From the NCBI RefSeq assembly GCF_006345805.1, contig NC_043019.1, positions 8,741,360 to 8,805,359 of the forward strand: DNA of 64,000 nucleotides. The letters run 5' to 3'. A program made the position numbers and the translations under genes. The DNA is from Octopus sinensis. Its lineage: Eukaryota. This document shows, one piece after another, positions 28,140 through 41,445 of the stretch (its first letter is position 1; the number at the start of each line of letters is the position of its first letter). The notes beneath the pieces are model-generated. The model was not told the origin of the DNA and searched no databases. It saw only the letters and a list, made by a program, of their open reading frames with translations.

Positions 28140-28228
28140 GACCATGTACTAAGCAAGCGCGGCCTGGGATTGAACCAGGGATCAATTACATATAAAGCAA
28201 ACTTCTTAGACACAAAGACATCCTTGCG
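28140..28228 (-). mobile_element. tRNA-derived SINE head fragment (family D-like)
   Basis: Minus strand GCAAGGATGTCTTTGTGTCTAAGAAGTTTGCTT...GGTTCAATCCC resembles the head at 47918. Confidence 0.5.
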
Positions 28229-28339
28229 TCAACGAATATTCAAGCATGTTATATATATATATATATTCGCATGAAGAGATCATACCGAAAGAAATACTCG
28301 CAAAATATATATATGCATATATATATATATATATATGCA

Positions 28340-28926
28340 TATATATACATTTATATACACAGATATATATGTGTATAAAATAATCTACATACAGATACAT
28401 AAATGCTTATGGGGTGTGTATGTATGTGCAGATGTATGTATGCAGGTGTATAAAATGTGCATATTGGTAGCAGTACATCAGCAGCATTCTTGCTGCAGTA
28501 TTGGGCAATGCGTCGATGTGTGTATGCGCATTCTAATGTGCAGCTAGAATTTAACGTTCGCTATAGCAAGTATGCAGTCGGCTAGGTGTGAAATAGATCA
28601 ATAATTGTCACCTGAACTTACCTGAAACTAGGGAAATATGTTAAGCGCCGTGTGTCTCGTTAGCATAGATTGATACATTGTAATTCACAACTTAGTATAT
28701 CGAATTGTATACTTCTCTCTCTCTCCCTCACTCTCTCTCTAATTATCACTCTAAATATGATATACTATACTAAACTATCATTCACTAAATATGATATACA
28801 TAGTATATAATGTATATACAGCATAACATAATGTAGTATATACATGTATGTGTGTGTATATATATAATATATATATATAAGAATTTTTTGCGTATTGAGA
28901 TGAAAAAAACCAAGGCTGCCATTATA

Positions 28927-28972
<46 letters not shown>

Positions 28973-29134
28973 ACACCTATATGTTTCACATACATATACA
29001 CACACACATATACACACATATACACATAGATGTATTTTATGTTTGTGACTGCGTGTTACTGTGTGTGTGTGTGTGTGTGTGCGATATACAAAAAATGTGG
29101 CAGCAGTGAACTTCTTAATCAAGCAACTCTATTT

Positions 29135-29176
<42 letters not shown>

Positions 29177-29785
29177 ATATATATATATATATGTATGTAT
29201 ATATATATATATGTATGTATGTATGTACATATATATACATACATAGCTTTATATACATATATATATATAATATATGTATGTATATATATATATATATATG
29301 TATATATATACATTTATATACACAGATATATATGTGTATAAAATAATCTACATACAGATACATAAATGCTTATGGGGTGTGTATGTATGTGCAGATGTAT
29401 GTATGCAGGTGTATAAAATGTGCATATTGGTAGCAGTACATCAGCAGCATTCTTGCTGCAGTATTGGGCAATGCGTCGATGTGTGTATGCGCATTCTAAT
29501 GTGCAGCTAGAATTTAACGTTCGCTATAGCAAGTATGCAGTCGGCTAGGTGTGAAATAGATCAATAATTGTCACCTGAACTTACCTGAAACTAGGGAAAT
29601 ATGTTAAGCGCCGTGTGTCTCGTTAGCATAGATTGATACATTGTAATTCACAACTTAGTATATCGAATTGTATACTTCTCTCTCTCTCCCTCACTCTCTC
29701 TCTAATTATCACTCTAAATATGATATACATAGTATATAATGTATATACAGCATAACATAATGTAGTATATACATGTATGTGTGTG

Positions 29786-29790
<5 letters not shown>
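28340..29790. repeat. Direct duplication of ~500 bp (about 28340-28860 and 29300-29790)
   Basis: Identical unique sequence, e.g. AAATGCTTATGGGGTGTG...CACAACTTAGTATATCG, occurs twice. Boundaries fall in (AT)n. Confidence 0.95.
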
Positions 29791-29819
<29 letters not shown>

Positions 29820-29839
29820 ATATATGTATGTATGTATAT

Positions 29840-29935
29840 ATATATATATTTGATGTGGTTTTAGAGTCAGTGTTTGACTGCTGTCTCAAGCATGGTGGAA
29901 TCTCTTAGATACCCTTATTTGTAATTTTATATATG

Positions 29936-29969
<34 letters not shown>

Positions 29970-29971
29970 AG

Positions 29972-30003
<32 letters not shown>

Positions 30004-30185
30004 AACACATATATATATATAAATATATGTATGTATGTATGTATATATATATATATAGATATATATATATATATATTATATATATATATATATATATTTG
30101 ATGTGGTTTTAGAGTCAGTGTTGACTGCTGTCTCAAGCATGGTGGAATCTCTTAGATACCCTTATTGTAATTTTATATATGTATA
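29840..30185. repeat. Direct duplication of ~90 bp
   Basis: TTTGATGTGGTTTTAGAGTCAGTG..TTAGATACCCTTATT at about 29849 and 30097, separated by (AT)n. Confidence 0.9.
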
Positions 30186-30400
30186 TATAATAGAAATAAT
30201 ATAGTTTCAGTTGAATTATACATACATTTAAGTGTTTTACGTGCGTGTGTTTGTGTGTATGCATGTGTGTTAGTCTGCGTCTGTGTATAAATTGGCAGAT
30301 TGTTGCAACATACCTACATACATACATACATACATACATACATACAAACATACATACATATATATATGTACATACATATATGTATATATATATATATATA

Positions 30401-30727
30401 TTATATAAAAGGGCTTAGTAAAATAATTACTTTGCCGCATACTAACTCGTAGAAATAGCAGCTAAAAACTATTACTACACTTAAAGAAACCTCTCTCATA
30501 TAGTGCTTGCTCATTCAATTGAGCAAGCACTATATAGAGAGGTTTTCTTTAAGTTTAGAATATTTTTTTAGTGCTATTCTAACGAGTTCAGTATGCGGCA
30601 AAGTAATTTATTTTACTAAGCCCTTTTATATAATGTAATAATTTGAATTTGCCTTAAATGGTCCCTTGCATACTGATACTTGGTGAAATTGATTAATAAT
30701 TAATTAATTTTACCCTCAATTGTTGAG

Positions 30728-30732
<5 letters not shown>
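30401..30732 (+). mobile_element. Fold-back element (inverted arm + direct arm + ~100 bp tail) in (AT)n, probably Penelope-like
   Basis: 30401-30513 is the reverse complement of 30520-30633 (TATAAAAGGGCTTAGTAAAATAA...TTATTTTACTAAGCCCTTTTATA). Unpaired tail to about 30732; both flanks (AT)n. Confidence 0.65.
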
Positions 30733-30778
<46 letters not shown>

Positions 30779-31134
30779 ATAGTATATATATTGTAGAGAG
30801 GGCATTATTACACATAAATGCCTCACACTAAGAGGGACAAAGTCATTACTACCAAAATTATACTAATCATACCCAAATGCAGTTTTTTCAAAGCAAGACA
30901 TTTAAAAAATGAATTTAGTTCTATATCACCGTGATTTCACATTCAACTTTACGTCTTATGGATCCTCAGCAGAACTGATTCTGAACACATCATAAAAAAC
31001 TACCAACCTTACGTAGCGAAGACAACAAACAACTGCTCACTCCGGCCAAGCACATGGAATGTTTAGCCAATAAAATCACACGCACTGTATATTTGCTGTT
31101 CACTTGGTTCAGCTTTATGTTATATTAATCGTAT

Positions 31135-32203
31135 TTTGGCCAGAGTTCTTTCGTCACAATTTGAAAGAGATCGAAAGAGGTGGAAATCCGTTGGTGCCAA
31201 ATCAGGAGAGTATGGCATGTATGGCAGCACTTCTCAGGCATGCGTTTTAACAGCTTCCTTGGTCATATTGACGATATGGTTGCGGGTGTTGTCGTGAACT
31301 CCATGCTGCCGATTAGGTCTTTTCTCTTGAATAGCCGCGTTGAGTCGTTCCATCTGTTGAACATAGAGTATCACTTTAACCGTTTGGCTCCGTTCAAACA
31401 ATTCGTAATGGATAATTCCTTCTCAGTCACATCATACGTATAACATCGTTTTACGCGGATGAAAATCTTGTTTCACGCGCTCTTGTTTACCGGGACCATT
31501 CCTTACGCTGATCCGTATTGATGTAGAGGCACCATTTTTCGTCGCCAGTAACGATTCGTTAAAGAAGCCATTACTTGTGTCCATGAGTTGAGCGGTGACG
31601 AGCAAGCAAACCATCGGAGATTGTGTCTCGTTGATTTTTGTTGTTGTCACTTAAAGCATTCGGAACCCATGCTCCATACTTCTGAACCTTTCCCATCGAG
31701 TGAAGATGTTTCTCTATAGCAGTGTGGGAGCATTCCATTTTTTTCTGCGAGTTCCCTTGTCATCTGACGAGAATGTTCGCGCAAAAGTTGGTTTAATCGC
31801 TCTTCATCGAACTCAACTCGATGACCAGAACGAGGTGAGTCTGTGTGTTCAAAATTTCCAGTTTTGAACTTGGCATACCAATCACGAGCGGTTCTTTCAG
31901 CTATGGCACCCTCTCCATACACAGCACAAATGTCGCGAGCAGCTTTTGCGGCCTTAGAAACTTGATTAAAATCAAAAAGAAGGAGGTGTTGGAAATGCTC
32001 GTTTTTCTTAACTTGACATTCCATTTTAATGATCTGAAAATAAACAAAAATTAAGTAAAATTAACTAGAAAAGAAAAAAAAAAGAAGATTCCAAAATGAT
32101 TCAAAAATAGAATTCTCGAAAAAAATAGATTACAGAATTTAAAAACGCAATAAATTCCAAAATTAAAAAAAATGGCAGGAATATAATAATTGCCAACGAA
32201 ATA
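31135..32203 (-). mobile_element. Mariner (DD34D) transposon, pseudogenised
   Basis: ORF 31647-32024 encodes the N-terminal HTH (ARDICAVYGEGAIAERTARDWYAKFK). Other frames give GAWVPNAL, RIVTGDEKWC, HDNTR and YSPDLAPTDFHLF, with 34 residues between the 2nd and 3rd Asp. Frameshifts and stops present. TIR-like 5' end at about 32175-32203; no 3' TIR found. Confidence 0.95.
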
Positions 32204-32346
32204 TATAAGCATATGTGTATACGATCAGCTAAATTCATATACGTTTAAGAGTGTGTGAGTGTCTTCGTGTCTCTGCCTCTGTGTGAATGTGCAAATTGCT
32301 AGAATCATATATTCATACATACATACTTCGAAATATATCCGTACAT

Positions 32347-32402
<56 letters not shown>

Positions 32403-32945
32403 CATATGTACATGCACAACTATAACATACACTGCTTATATACCACCATTATGCATAGACACAGCTACACGCGTCTATACTCAATGTAACTTCACAAAGA
32501 GAGCAGAGTCGGTCTCTAATGGCTGCAATCAATGAAAGTAGACAGGCAGATACTTCCGAGGCATCTCCTTCATCTCACCCTAGTTTTTCACTACATGTAT
32601 CTCCTCACTTACTGCCCCTCACTCTCTACTTCTCTACTCTCTACCCCTCTCTCCCTTTCTCTCACTCTCCCCACATCTCTCTCCCTCTTTTACTCTCTCC
32701 CAGCCTCTCTCACTATGATTTCATGCTTGACTGAGCTTCTGTTTGCTTATATATATATACATATATATTTACTTATTTAATTATATTTATATTTGTATGT
32801 ATGTATAATGCATGTATGTGCACAGAGATATGTGTGTGTGTATCTATATACACACCCCTATTCATATATTTATACATGATATAATATATATATATATAAA
32901 TATATATATACATATAATATATATATATTATGCATATATTGTGTA

Positions 32946-32983
<38 letters not shown>

Positions 32984-33650
32984 ATGTGTGTATACTTACA
33001 TTCGTAAGCACACGAATGTGTAATCATACAAGCAAAGATATATGTGCGTGTGTGTAAATATAACACACATACACACACAAACACCCCCCCACACACACAC
33101 ATACACACACACAGATATATATTATATATATAAATATAATTTATATATGCATGCATATTTATAAATGTACATCTGCATGTGCGTACGTGCATATATAAGT
33201 ATAAATATACTTATTTACACACATGCACATATGCGTGGATGTATTTCCCTTATATGTGTATGATAGTATATATCATTATACGTGTGTGATCTCCTATTAA
33301 TGCCTCGACGTGTAAGTGTGTGCCTATGCGGACTCGATAACTGATCGAAGCAATTTCTTTCATCTTTGCGCCGACATTTCTGCTAATGCTACGATCGACT
33401 GCGCATGCTCGATATCCTTCTTTATTAGCCGTCATGATTACGTTTTTTGTTCACTCCGTAGCCTTTCTCTCTGCTCTAGATGTGTATTAAACAGCTACAG
33501 CAACTCTAGCCGTGCTCCCACTACCAATATCTTCAGAATTCTCCATAGAATTATTGCGTAAACGCCTTCCTCTTACTCTAACTCTTCCTCTTTCATTTTC
33601 GTTTCTTAAAATTCTTCACTGACATTCCTCTTCACGCTTTTTGACTTTTC

Positions 33651-33696
<46 letters not shown>

Positions 33697-33725
33697 GTAT
33701 GTATGTATATATATATACACATATA

Positions 33726-33944
33726 CTAGAGGTGGCGCTCAAATGCTTAATGGCTTTGGGTAAAAAGAAAATAAAGGAGGATCATTTAATTATGAATTTA
33801 TTCAACATGTTCCCGCTGACATTCCCATATTTTCGTTGCACTCCAGTTTCTCTAAATCCTGTTAAGAACGTGGAAGTTTTTCACTTCCAACCAGGCTTCT
33901 CATCAAACTCTTAAAGCCAGGAATTTTCAGCACCGCCTCTGGTG
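33726..33944. mobile_element. Mariner-type MITE (~220 bp)
   Basis: Imperfect ~30 bp TIRs: AGAGGTGGCGCTCAAATGCTTAATGGCTTT versus AAAGCCAGGAATTTTCAGCACCGCCTCT. TA-flanked; no ORF. Confidence 0.7.
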
Positions 33945-34017
<73 letters not shown>

Positions 34018-34103
34018 TATATTATAAATATACGTTTAAATATTTGTTGTGCAAGATTTTTTATTGGCTAAACTGGCAAAATGATCATTCCGAAATATAA
34101 CAA

Positions 34104-34453
34104 TATATATATATAAAGCTGAAGTTGTTTGTCTATGGCAGGTTTGGTAGCTTTCAACTAACCCTGCGGCGCAAGTTGACCAAAACTGAGAGTATGATAG
34201 AAGAAGGTTTGCTCTTCCTTCCGTAGAAGAAAATATTCAAATCAGACCATCTTAACACCAAAAATTATTTATATCAAGAAGGTGCTATTTTTCTATGAAA
34301 ATTCCTATTTTTTACGATTTTTTGACTGCTGTGTCGCCATTTTTCGGTGTATTCCAACCAGAAAAATGTCCATGAAGCAAAATTTTTACTTTTCAAAAAA
34401 TCCAATTCTAAAGGGTCGAAACAAACCCGAGCAACGCCGGGCGATACTGATAG
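34104..34453 (+). mobile_element. Non-autonomous Helitron
   Basis: 5' TATATATAAAGCTGAAGTTGT and 3' hairpin CCCGAGCAACGCCGGG followed by CGATACTGATAG|T, matching the termini of the copy at 50941. Confidence 0.8.
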
Positions 34454-34465
34454 TATATAATATAT

Positions 34466-34504
<39 letters not shown>

Positions 34505-34684
34505 TAAACATGAACATCATAGTACTCTCCAAATGCCATAACTAGTGGCAGCGAGTACCACCGTACAGGCAAAATTGATAAAATATATTTATGATATCTA
34601 CACATACACAAACATAGACACACACATACACACACATAGACACACACACACTCACACATACACACACATAGACACACCACCCCC

Positions 34685-34730
<46 letters not shown>

Positions 34731-35710
34731 CATACAATGATACTTCGTAAGCCCTTGCATCGCTAGAAAGCGGAAAACAGTGCAACATAATTCTAATGCA
34801 GGATCTCTAGTTCTTAGCTTCATGTCATAGAATGTTCATTTCTTATATCCACGTTGTGACGGACACCCCAAAGTTAGAAGTGGGCTGTTAAATAGTGGAC
34901 TGACCCAACTTTGGGTCAGTCATCAAGGTACGCCATACGTGCCAGTCACGCAGACGACGAAGTTACGTCGTTCTAAGGCGGGAACACAACAATGCGTTTG
35001 ACACTCCATAGTTTTTGTTAGACATTTTTATATTTGGCTTCTTTAATAAACAGACAACGTCTCCTACTCTTGGCCACTTATAAAGTTTCTTCCTTCGAAC
35101 TTCCAAATTCATACTTTTACTAAGGCATTTGATAAAAAATGTCCACGCCGATCTGATAGGCTTCACTGCTGTTTTCAATTTATTTTATCCAACCAACTTG
35201 ATATCATATAATTGTCAGTAATTTCGATCCAGAAAAAAAGTTTCGGTTTCCTTGTATAACGAGTCTTTCTTCAAGTTATGCCCGAGGACCCTTAATACTC
35301 TCAGTCTGCCCTTGGTTCAAGGAAAAACAAAATTCCTACACGATTTAGAGTGGAAACACAATAAATTTCTCAGGAGGTATTGATGGCGTTTGGTGAATTT
35401 ATCATTTATTTTAGACATAAATAATTGCCTTTAAATGCCGTATTATCAAGGATAATTTCTTTATGTTTGCCGCAAGAGTTGCTACCCACCTGTCTTTTAT
35501 ATGTCTTGCTTAATTGTGTCGCATCCTTCACAAATAAATACCTGCCAGGAATTCCTTCAGAGAAACGGCAGCGGAATACTGACAGGAAATGATATTCCAG
35601 TATCTGTATGAATATATACATAGATATAGATATATGTATATACACACCGATACATATATATGTATGGGTGTGTATACATATATACACACATACATACATA
35701 CATACATACA

Positions 35711-35742
<32 letters not shown>

Positions 35743-36140
35743 CACACACTTATATACATGATTAAACTGCATTGATATATAAGAAGTCGCAATCATTTCC
35801 GGAGTTGTCACCAAATGGCTGTGATCGCACTCTAATCCCATCTTCCTTCCAATTTTAATTAAATTGCAGCAATTAAAACTACGAGCATGGCTTCACCTGG
35901 ATTTCGAAAGAAGAAGAATTAGTCATTTAGACAATAATTTGCTCTGGTCGGTAAGGAAACAATTTCCATACATTAGAAATTATTTGCTTCCGATATAAGG
36001 TATGATATCGCTCGATAATATTATGAATATCTGTGCGTGCATGTGTGTGTGTGTGTGGTGTGTGTGTGTGTGTGTATGTGTGTGTGTGTGTGTGTGTGTG
36101 CGTGTGTGTGTGTGTTGTGTGTGTGTGTGTGTGTGTGCGC

Positions 36141-36175
<35 letters not shown>

Positions 36176-36697
36176 TGTGTGTGTGTGTGTCTTGTGAAAT
36201 CTTTCAATATCTTTAGATATACCTTCTTCCTCTGAACATATTTGCATATTGATATTTATATGATACCTTTCTTTTCGTACCTTTCTTTCTCCCCCCCATC
36301 TCCCTCTCTTTTCTTTCTCTCATTTTCTCTCTCTCTCCCTCTCTCTCTATATACATACACGCACACAAACACACACACAAACACACATATACATATACGT
36401 ATTTATACGTAAACACACACACACACCTATATATATCCGTATACATACACACACACAAAAACGCACTTTTATAGCCGTATACATACACATACACGCACAA
36501 ACACACAAACGCGCACACACGCACACATACACGCACACACACACATATTTCTGTGTGCCTTAATCCCCCATCTATCATATTATATATCGACTCAATTATC
36601 GACTCATCTATCAATCTATATATATTCCTAAACGTACGCACCCTCATGCGCACACATGCTTATCCATCCATTCATGTATGCATTTATGAATGCCTGT

Positions 36698-37076
36698 GGA
36701 GGCGCAATGGCCTAGTGGTTAGAGCAGCGGACTCGCGGTCGTAGGATTGAGGTTTCGATTCCCACATTGGGCGTTGTGGGTGTTTATTAAGCGAAAACAC
36801 CTAACGCCGCACGAGACTCCGGCAAGGAGTGTTGGCGAACCCTGCTGTACACTTTCACCACAACTTTCTCTCACTCTTTCTTCCTGTTTCTGTTGTACCT
36901 CTATTTCAAAGGGCCAGCCTTGTCACACTCTGTTTCACACTGAATCTCCCCGAGAATTAGGTTAAGGGTACTTTTGTCTGTGGAGTGCTCAGCCACTGGC
37001 ACGTTAATTTCACAACCAGGCTGTTCCGTTGATCGAATCGGCTGGAACTCTCATTGTCGTAATTGAGGGTGTGCCA
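36698..37076 (+). mobile_element. tRNA(Arg-like)-derived SINE, local family B, tail 1
   Basis: GGAGGCGCAATGGCCTAGTGGTTAGAGCAGCGGACTCGCGG..GGTTTCGATTCCC (box A/B). The head is shared with 46454 and the tail with 57809-57970. Confidence 0.85.
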
Positions 37077-37192
37077 GGGATATGTATGCGTGTATATGTA
37101 CGCATGTATATATGCATATATATATGCATGTATATATGTATACACGAATGTATGTAGGTAGGTATGTATGCATGTATATATATATGTATGAA

Positions 37193-37440
37193 GGCGGCGA
37201 GCTGGTGGAATCTTTAGCACGCCGGGCGAAATGCCTAGCGGTATTTCGTCTGCCGCTACGTTCTGAGTTCAAATTCCGCCGAGTTCAAATTCCGAAAGAC
37301 TTTGCCTTTCAACCTTTCGGGGTCGATTAAATAAGTACCAGTTACGCGCTGGGGTCGATATATACTCGACTTAATCCGTTTGTCTGTCCTTGTTTGTCCT
37401 CTCTGTGTTTAGCCCCTTGTGGGTAGTAAAAAAATAGGTA
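37193..37440 (+). mobile_element. SINE family A, full length (tail variant 2)
   Basis: Family A head and core followed by TTAATCCGTTTGTCTGTCCTTGTTTGTCC..TTTAGCCCCTTGTGGGTAGTAAA. Confidence 0.9.
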
Positions 37441-38099
37441 TATATGCATGTATGCATATATGTATGCACGCACTGATGTATGTATGTCCGTGTATTATGC
37501 ATCCGCACTCAATTGCTCCTATATCTGTTTATATATTTATCTCTGTATGTGGCACATTATAGTTCTCCCCTCAAACTTGCGGACACCACACACATTCGCA
37601 AACACGCACACACATTGCCAGAATATTCCGCTTGTGTCCCTCATAATCTCTCCTCTCACTTCCGACACCCTAACATTAGCGTCAATCAATAATCACATAA
37701 ACCTATCTACGCTTATCCCCTTATTTCATTTGTACCAGTACAACAATATTGGCACTCTCATTATTGTTTTTGACTTTGTGTAATAGTATTGGTGGTGGTG
37801 GTGGTGGTGGTGGTGGTATTGGTGGTAGTGGTAGTAGTTATTTTCGTCAATGTTGTTGCTGTTGCAATGGATCGATTTCCCGCTCTTTTCTTTCTGTTGT
37901 TCTGGCTTCCCCCCCCCCCCCCGCTCTGCGAAAGATTTCAATTGTCTCCGCCTATGATCTACGAATTTCTGCTGAAATCATCACAACCCCTTAAGGATTT
38001 ATCGGGGACTATGTCATCCAAAGTGGAGATCTATATATTGTTTTACTTCTCAGAGCTGTCGGTTTTCGTTCCCTTGGTTGGTTCTGTGAAAGCGTGCAG

Positions 38100-38690
38100 C
38101 AGACTGTGGTCACAAGTATCATACTGTCTCTTTCCGCACATTATAAGCTTTGGTAATCGCTTCTTAATTATAGTGGGAGACATACAACACCCATGTACCA
38201 ATCACAAAATCCTACCTTTCCCCAGCAGAGCAACTTTTCGCTCTGTTCTCACGTCAGTTCCGAATTCTCTTACATATTTCTCGAACTTGGTTGTTTGTGC
38301 TCCAATTGCCCCTTCAACTGGAATGACAGACACTCTCCTTATAGTTCACATTCTTGCAATTTCGTCTTTTATTAGTCTGTACTTTTCCAAATTCTCTTAA
38401 TTCTTTGTCACTTTTGCGTGCATTCCCGGACATTGCAATATCTAAAATCCTGGTTGCCTTTCCCCCTTTACCTACAACAACAATGTCTAGTCTCCGAGCA
38501 TCGATTAGGGATATTCGCTTGGGAAAGTAAAATTCTGAACTTCGAGCCACAACAAGTATTCTTGGACGCCAACGATATATCGCTGTTTTCTGGAGGTGTA
38601 CTAAACATGGTTTCACGCCTATAACCTCTATTCATCTTTTCAAATCTTTAGGGATAGCCCCTAATGTAGCTATAACTACATTTTATCCGC
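38100..38690 (-). mobile_element. R4/Dong-type non-LTR retrotransposon remnants (restriction-like endonuclease domain and C-terminus)
   Basis: Minus-strand translation: IDARRLDIVVV..TRILDIAMSGNAR..DKEL..LEKYRLIKDEIARM..VSVIPVEGAIG..KVALLG. A second C-terminal fragment, VVIATLGAIPKDLKR..LQKTA, lies at about 38580-38675. Stops and frameshifts present. Confidence 0.85.
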
Positions 38691-38842
38691 ACTCACCATA
38701 GCGTCTGTAACTCGATGGATAGTCATGGTACTTTGCTATTTTCTATTTAACTCTCATGTTGACATTCCCATCATATGCGATTGTAAAGTCAATTACTTGG
38801 AATCTGATATTCCCTTTACCTCCTCCTCTCCTCCTCCTCCTC

Positions 38843-38894
<52 letters not shown>

Positions 38895-38897
38895 CGC

Positions 38898-38937
<40 letters not shown>

Positions 38938-39210
38938 ATATCAGGCCTTCTGGGTTCTGAATGTCTAAATGTTAAAACCTGCTAAATCCCTGTAAACCTA
39001 AATATATTCGCATCTCACAACTCCTGACATTTCATGTCAAACACACACACACACACACACACACAATAATCTTTTATTCTTTTATATTTTCAGACCAAAG
39101 GTTGTAGCCGGCTGGAGCGCCGCCATATACATACAAACATACCATACATACATAACATACATACATACATACCTACATACATACATACTACACATACATA
39201 TATACATATA

Positions 39211-39280
<70 letters not shown>

Positions 39281-39285
<5 letters not shown>

Positions 39286-40942
39286 AAATAGTAAAGTGTG
39301 AAAAAAACGACAGAAGGCTTAAATGTTAAAAATATATATATTTGTGTCAAATGTCTGGAGATATTGGAAAATTTTTTTCCCTTTCCTTAAAATGACATAA
39401 TTTTAAAATTTTTAAGAAATTACCGGTTTCGCTGTAGCTTTTTTCAATTTCTGTGACGTTATGTTTATATTGCATGGAATTATCGTTGTTTTTTTTCCAG
39501 GAGATTTCTAAATAAGGGGAGGTAGTGAGTTTTTTTTTTCCGGTGTAGGGGAGATAATCGCTTAAAAATTTTTTTTCCCTTTTCCTTGTTATTTCTCTGT
39601 GTCAGTATGTTTCGGACCTGGTTGATCTGGGTTTGGTACGTTTATTTTTTTTTTTGTTGGGCATCCGTAATTTTAGAAGACAATTTTGCCTTTGTGAGAA
39701 TCTTTTTACAGCCAGAGACGCCAAACAATACCTTCTTTTTAATTCATGCCACCCAAACACACTAAAAACAAACATCCCCTTCAACCTTGCAAGAAGGATA
39801 TGCACAATAGTGTCAGAACAAATACCAGGAACTTTACTGCAAGAACTCAAAAACACCCTAATTGACAGACATTACCCAGCTCAACTCATAGAGGATGGGA
39901 TCACGTGCAACCGAAATCAACATAGAAACTTTAAGAAAAGTTCAACACAACAACACACCTCCTTCCCCGAAAATACTACCTTACATATCTACATACACCC
40001 CAGAAACCAAGAAGCCTTCACCATCATCACCCAGAATTTACCATACTTCATAAAAACCCAAAATTACAGGAAATTCTAAACATACACCAAATCATTAAAA
40101 ACTACAAACAGCCTAAATCACTTAAAAGATTCTCACAAGGCAAAATTGTCTTCTAAAATTACGGATGCAAAAGTAAAAAAATGTGGTAGATCGAACTGTG
40201 CAACATGTCCTAAACTATTGGAAGGATCAGAATTCTTCTTTAAAGAGGGACAGAATTTAAGATCAAATCTAACTTACTTGTGCCTCTGAAAACATAATTT
40301 ATGTTATTAAATGCTCGGGCTGCCACCAAGACTACGTGGGTTCCACGGACTATCACTCAGGCGCAGATGCACACTGCATCGACCACAGATTGCATTCCCA
40401 GAATATAGAATGATACCTTTTAGTGAGCACATTGAGAAATGCGCAAGCAACTACTGCCACAATTTTTAATCTTCCCATTTTACCAATGTGCTTCGGATCA
40501 TCAACACAAATGAGACTGAACAAGGAAACCTTCTTCATTGAAAAGTACAAACCCAGACTCAACCATCCGACATACTGACACAGAGAAATTAACAAGGAAA
40601 AGGGAAAAAAAATTTTTAAGCTATTATCTCCCTACACCGGAAAAAATCACTCACTACCTCCCCTTATTTAGAAATCTCCTGAAATAAAAACAACGATAAT
40701 CCATGCAATATAAACATAACGTCACAAGAAATTTGAAAAGCTACACGCGAAACCGGTAATTTCTTTTTAAAAGTTTTTAAATTATGTCATTTTAAGGAAA
40801 GGGAAAAAAATTTTTCCAATATTCTCCAGACATTTTGACACAAATTATATATTTTTTTAACATTTAAGCCTTCTGTCCGTTTTTTTCACACTTTACTATT
40901 TTCTTATATATTCACCCACGTGCTTTACCAACAAACTTTCTA
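39281..40942 (+). mobile_element. 5'-truncated Penelope-like element (RT C-terminus + GIY-YIG) with an inverted terminal repeat copy at its 5' end
   Basis: About 39700-40578 encodes QYLLFNSCHP..NIPFNLARRICTIVS..L.DRHYP, KCGRSNCATCP, NIIYVIKCSGCHQDYVGST (GIY-YIG) and FFIEKYKPRLN, with frameshifts. 39281-39645 is the reverse complement of about 40540-40908. A ~35 bp unpaired tail follows; flanks are (AT)n. Confidence 0.93.
40727..40764 (+). ncRNA. Degenerate minimal hammerhead ribozyme in the Penelope 3' repeat (mirror copy at 39415-39452, minus strand)
   Basis: GAAATT-[TGAAAA]-GCTACACGC-GAAA-CCGG-TA-ATTTC: stem I, short stem II, palindromic stem III ACCGGT and a GTA site. The core deviates from CTGANGA in both copies. 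Confidence 0.5.
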
Positions 40943-41018
40943 TCTATATAGATCTATCTCTATATATATATATATATATATACTTGAATCATACATATAT
41001 ATGTATATATATATATAT

Positions 41019-41053
<35 letters not shown>

Positions 41054-41055
41054 GA

Positions 41056-41215
41056 GGTATTCTTTCAGTTTCTGTCTACCAAATCTACTCGCAAGGCTTT
41101 TGTGGGCAAGAGGCTATAACAGAAGACACTTGCTCGATTTCCCACACAGCGGGACTGAACCCGGAGCCATGTGGCTGGGAAGCAAACTCTTCACCTCACA
41201 GTTACGCCTGTGCCT
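41056..41215 (-). mobile_element. tRNA-derived SINE family D, 5' half
   Basis: Reverse complement of the head and body at 47918-48080 (TTTGCTTCCCAGCCACATGG..GGTTCAGTCCC..GATTTGGTAGACAGAAACTGAAAGAA). Confidence 0.8.
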
Positions 41216-41249
41216 ATTGTCTTGAATTAATACAACAGCATTCTTCAAA

Positions 41250-41445
41250 GCGGTGCGTTGCCATAATCGTTAGCATGCCGAGGAAAACACTCGGGGACAT
41301 TTCGCTTGTCTCTACGTTCGGAGTTCAAATTCCGCCGGGGTCAACTTTGCCTTCCAGATTTGATAAAACGAGTTGAAATTGAGCTCTGAGGTGAATGTAA
41401 TCGAATAACCGTTTTTCCTTGGAATGACTGGCTAAAATTTGAAAC
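41250..41445 (+). mobile_element. SINE family A, degenerate
   Basis: AATCGTTAGCATGCCG..TACGTTCGGAGTTCAAATTCCGCCGGGGTCAACTTTGCCTT. Confidence 0.7.

Noticed and set aside
34960-35600. Minus-strand FFIKCL..YKWPRVGDVVCLL and GIPG fragments suggestive of a DNA transposase C-terminus
   Set aside because: Too short and decayed to assign; no catalytic motif or TIR found. Needs TBLASTX against Repbase.
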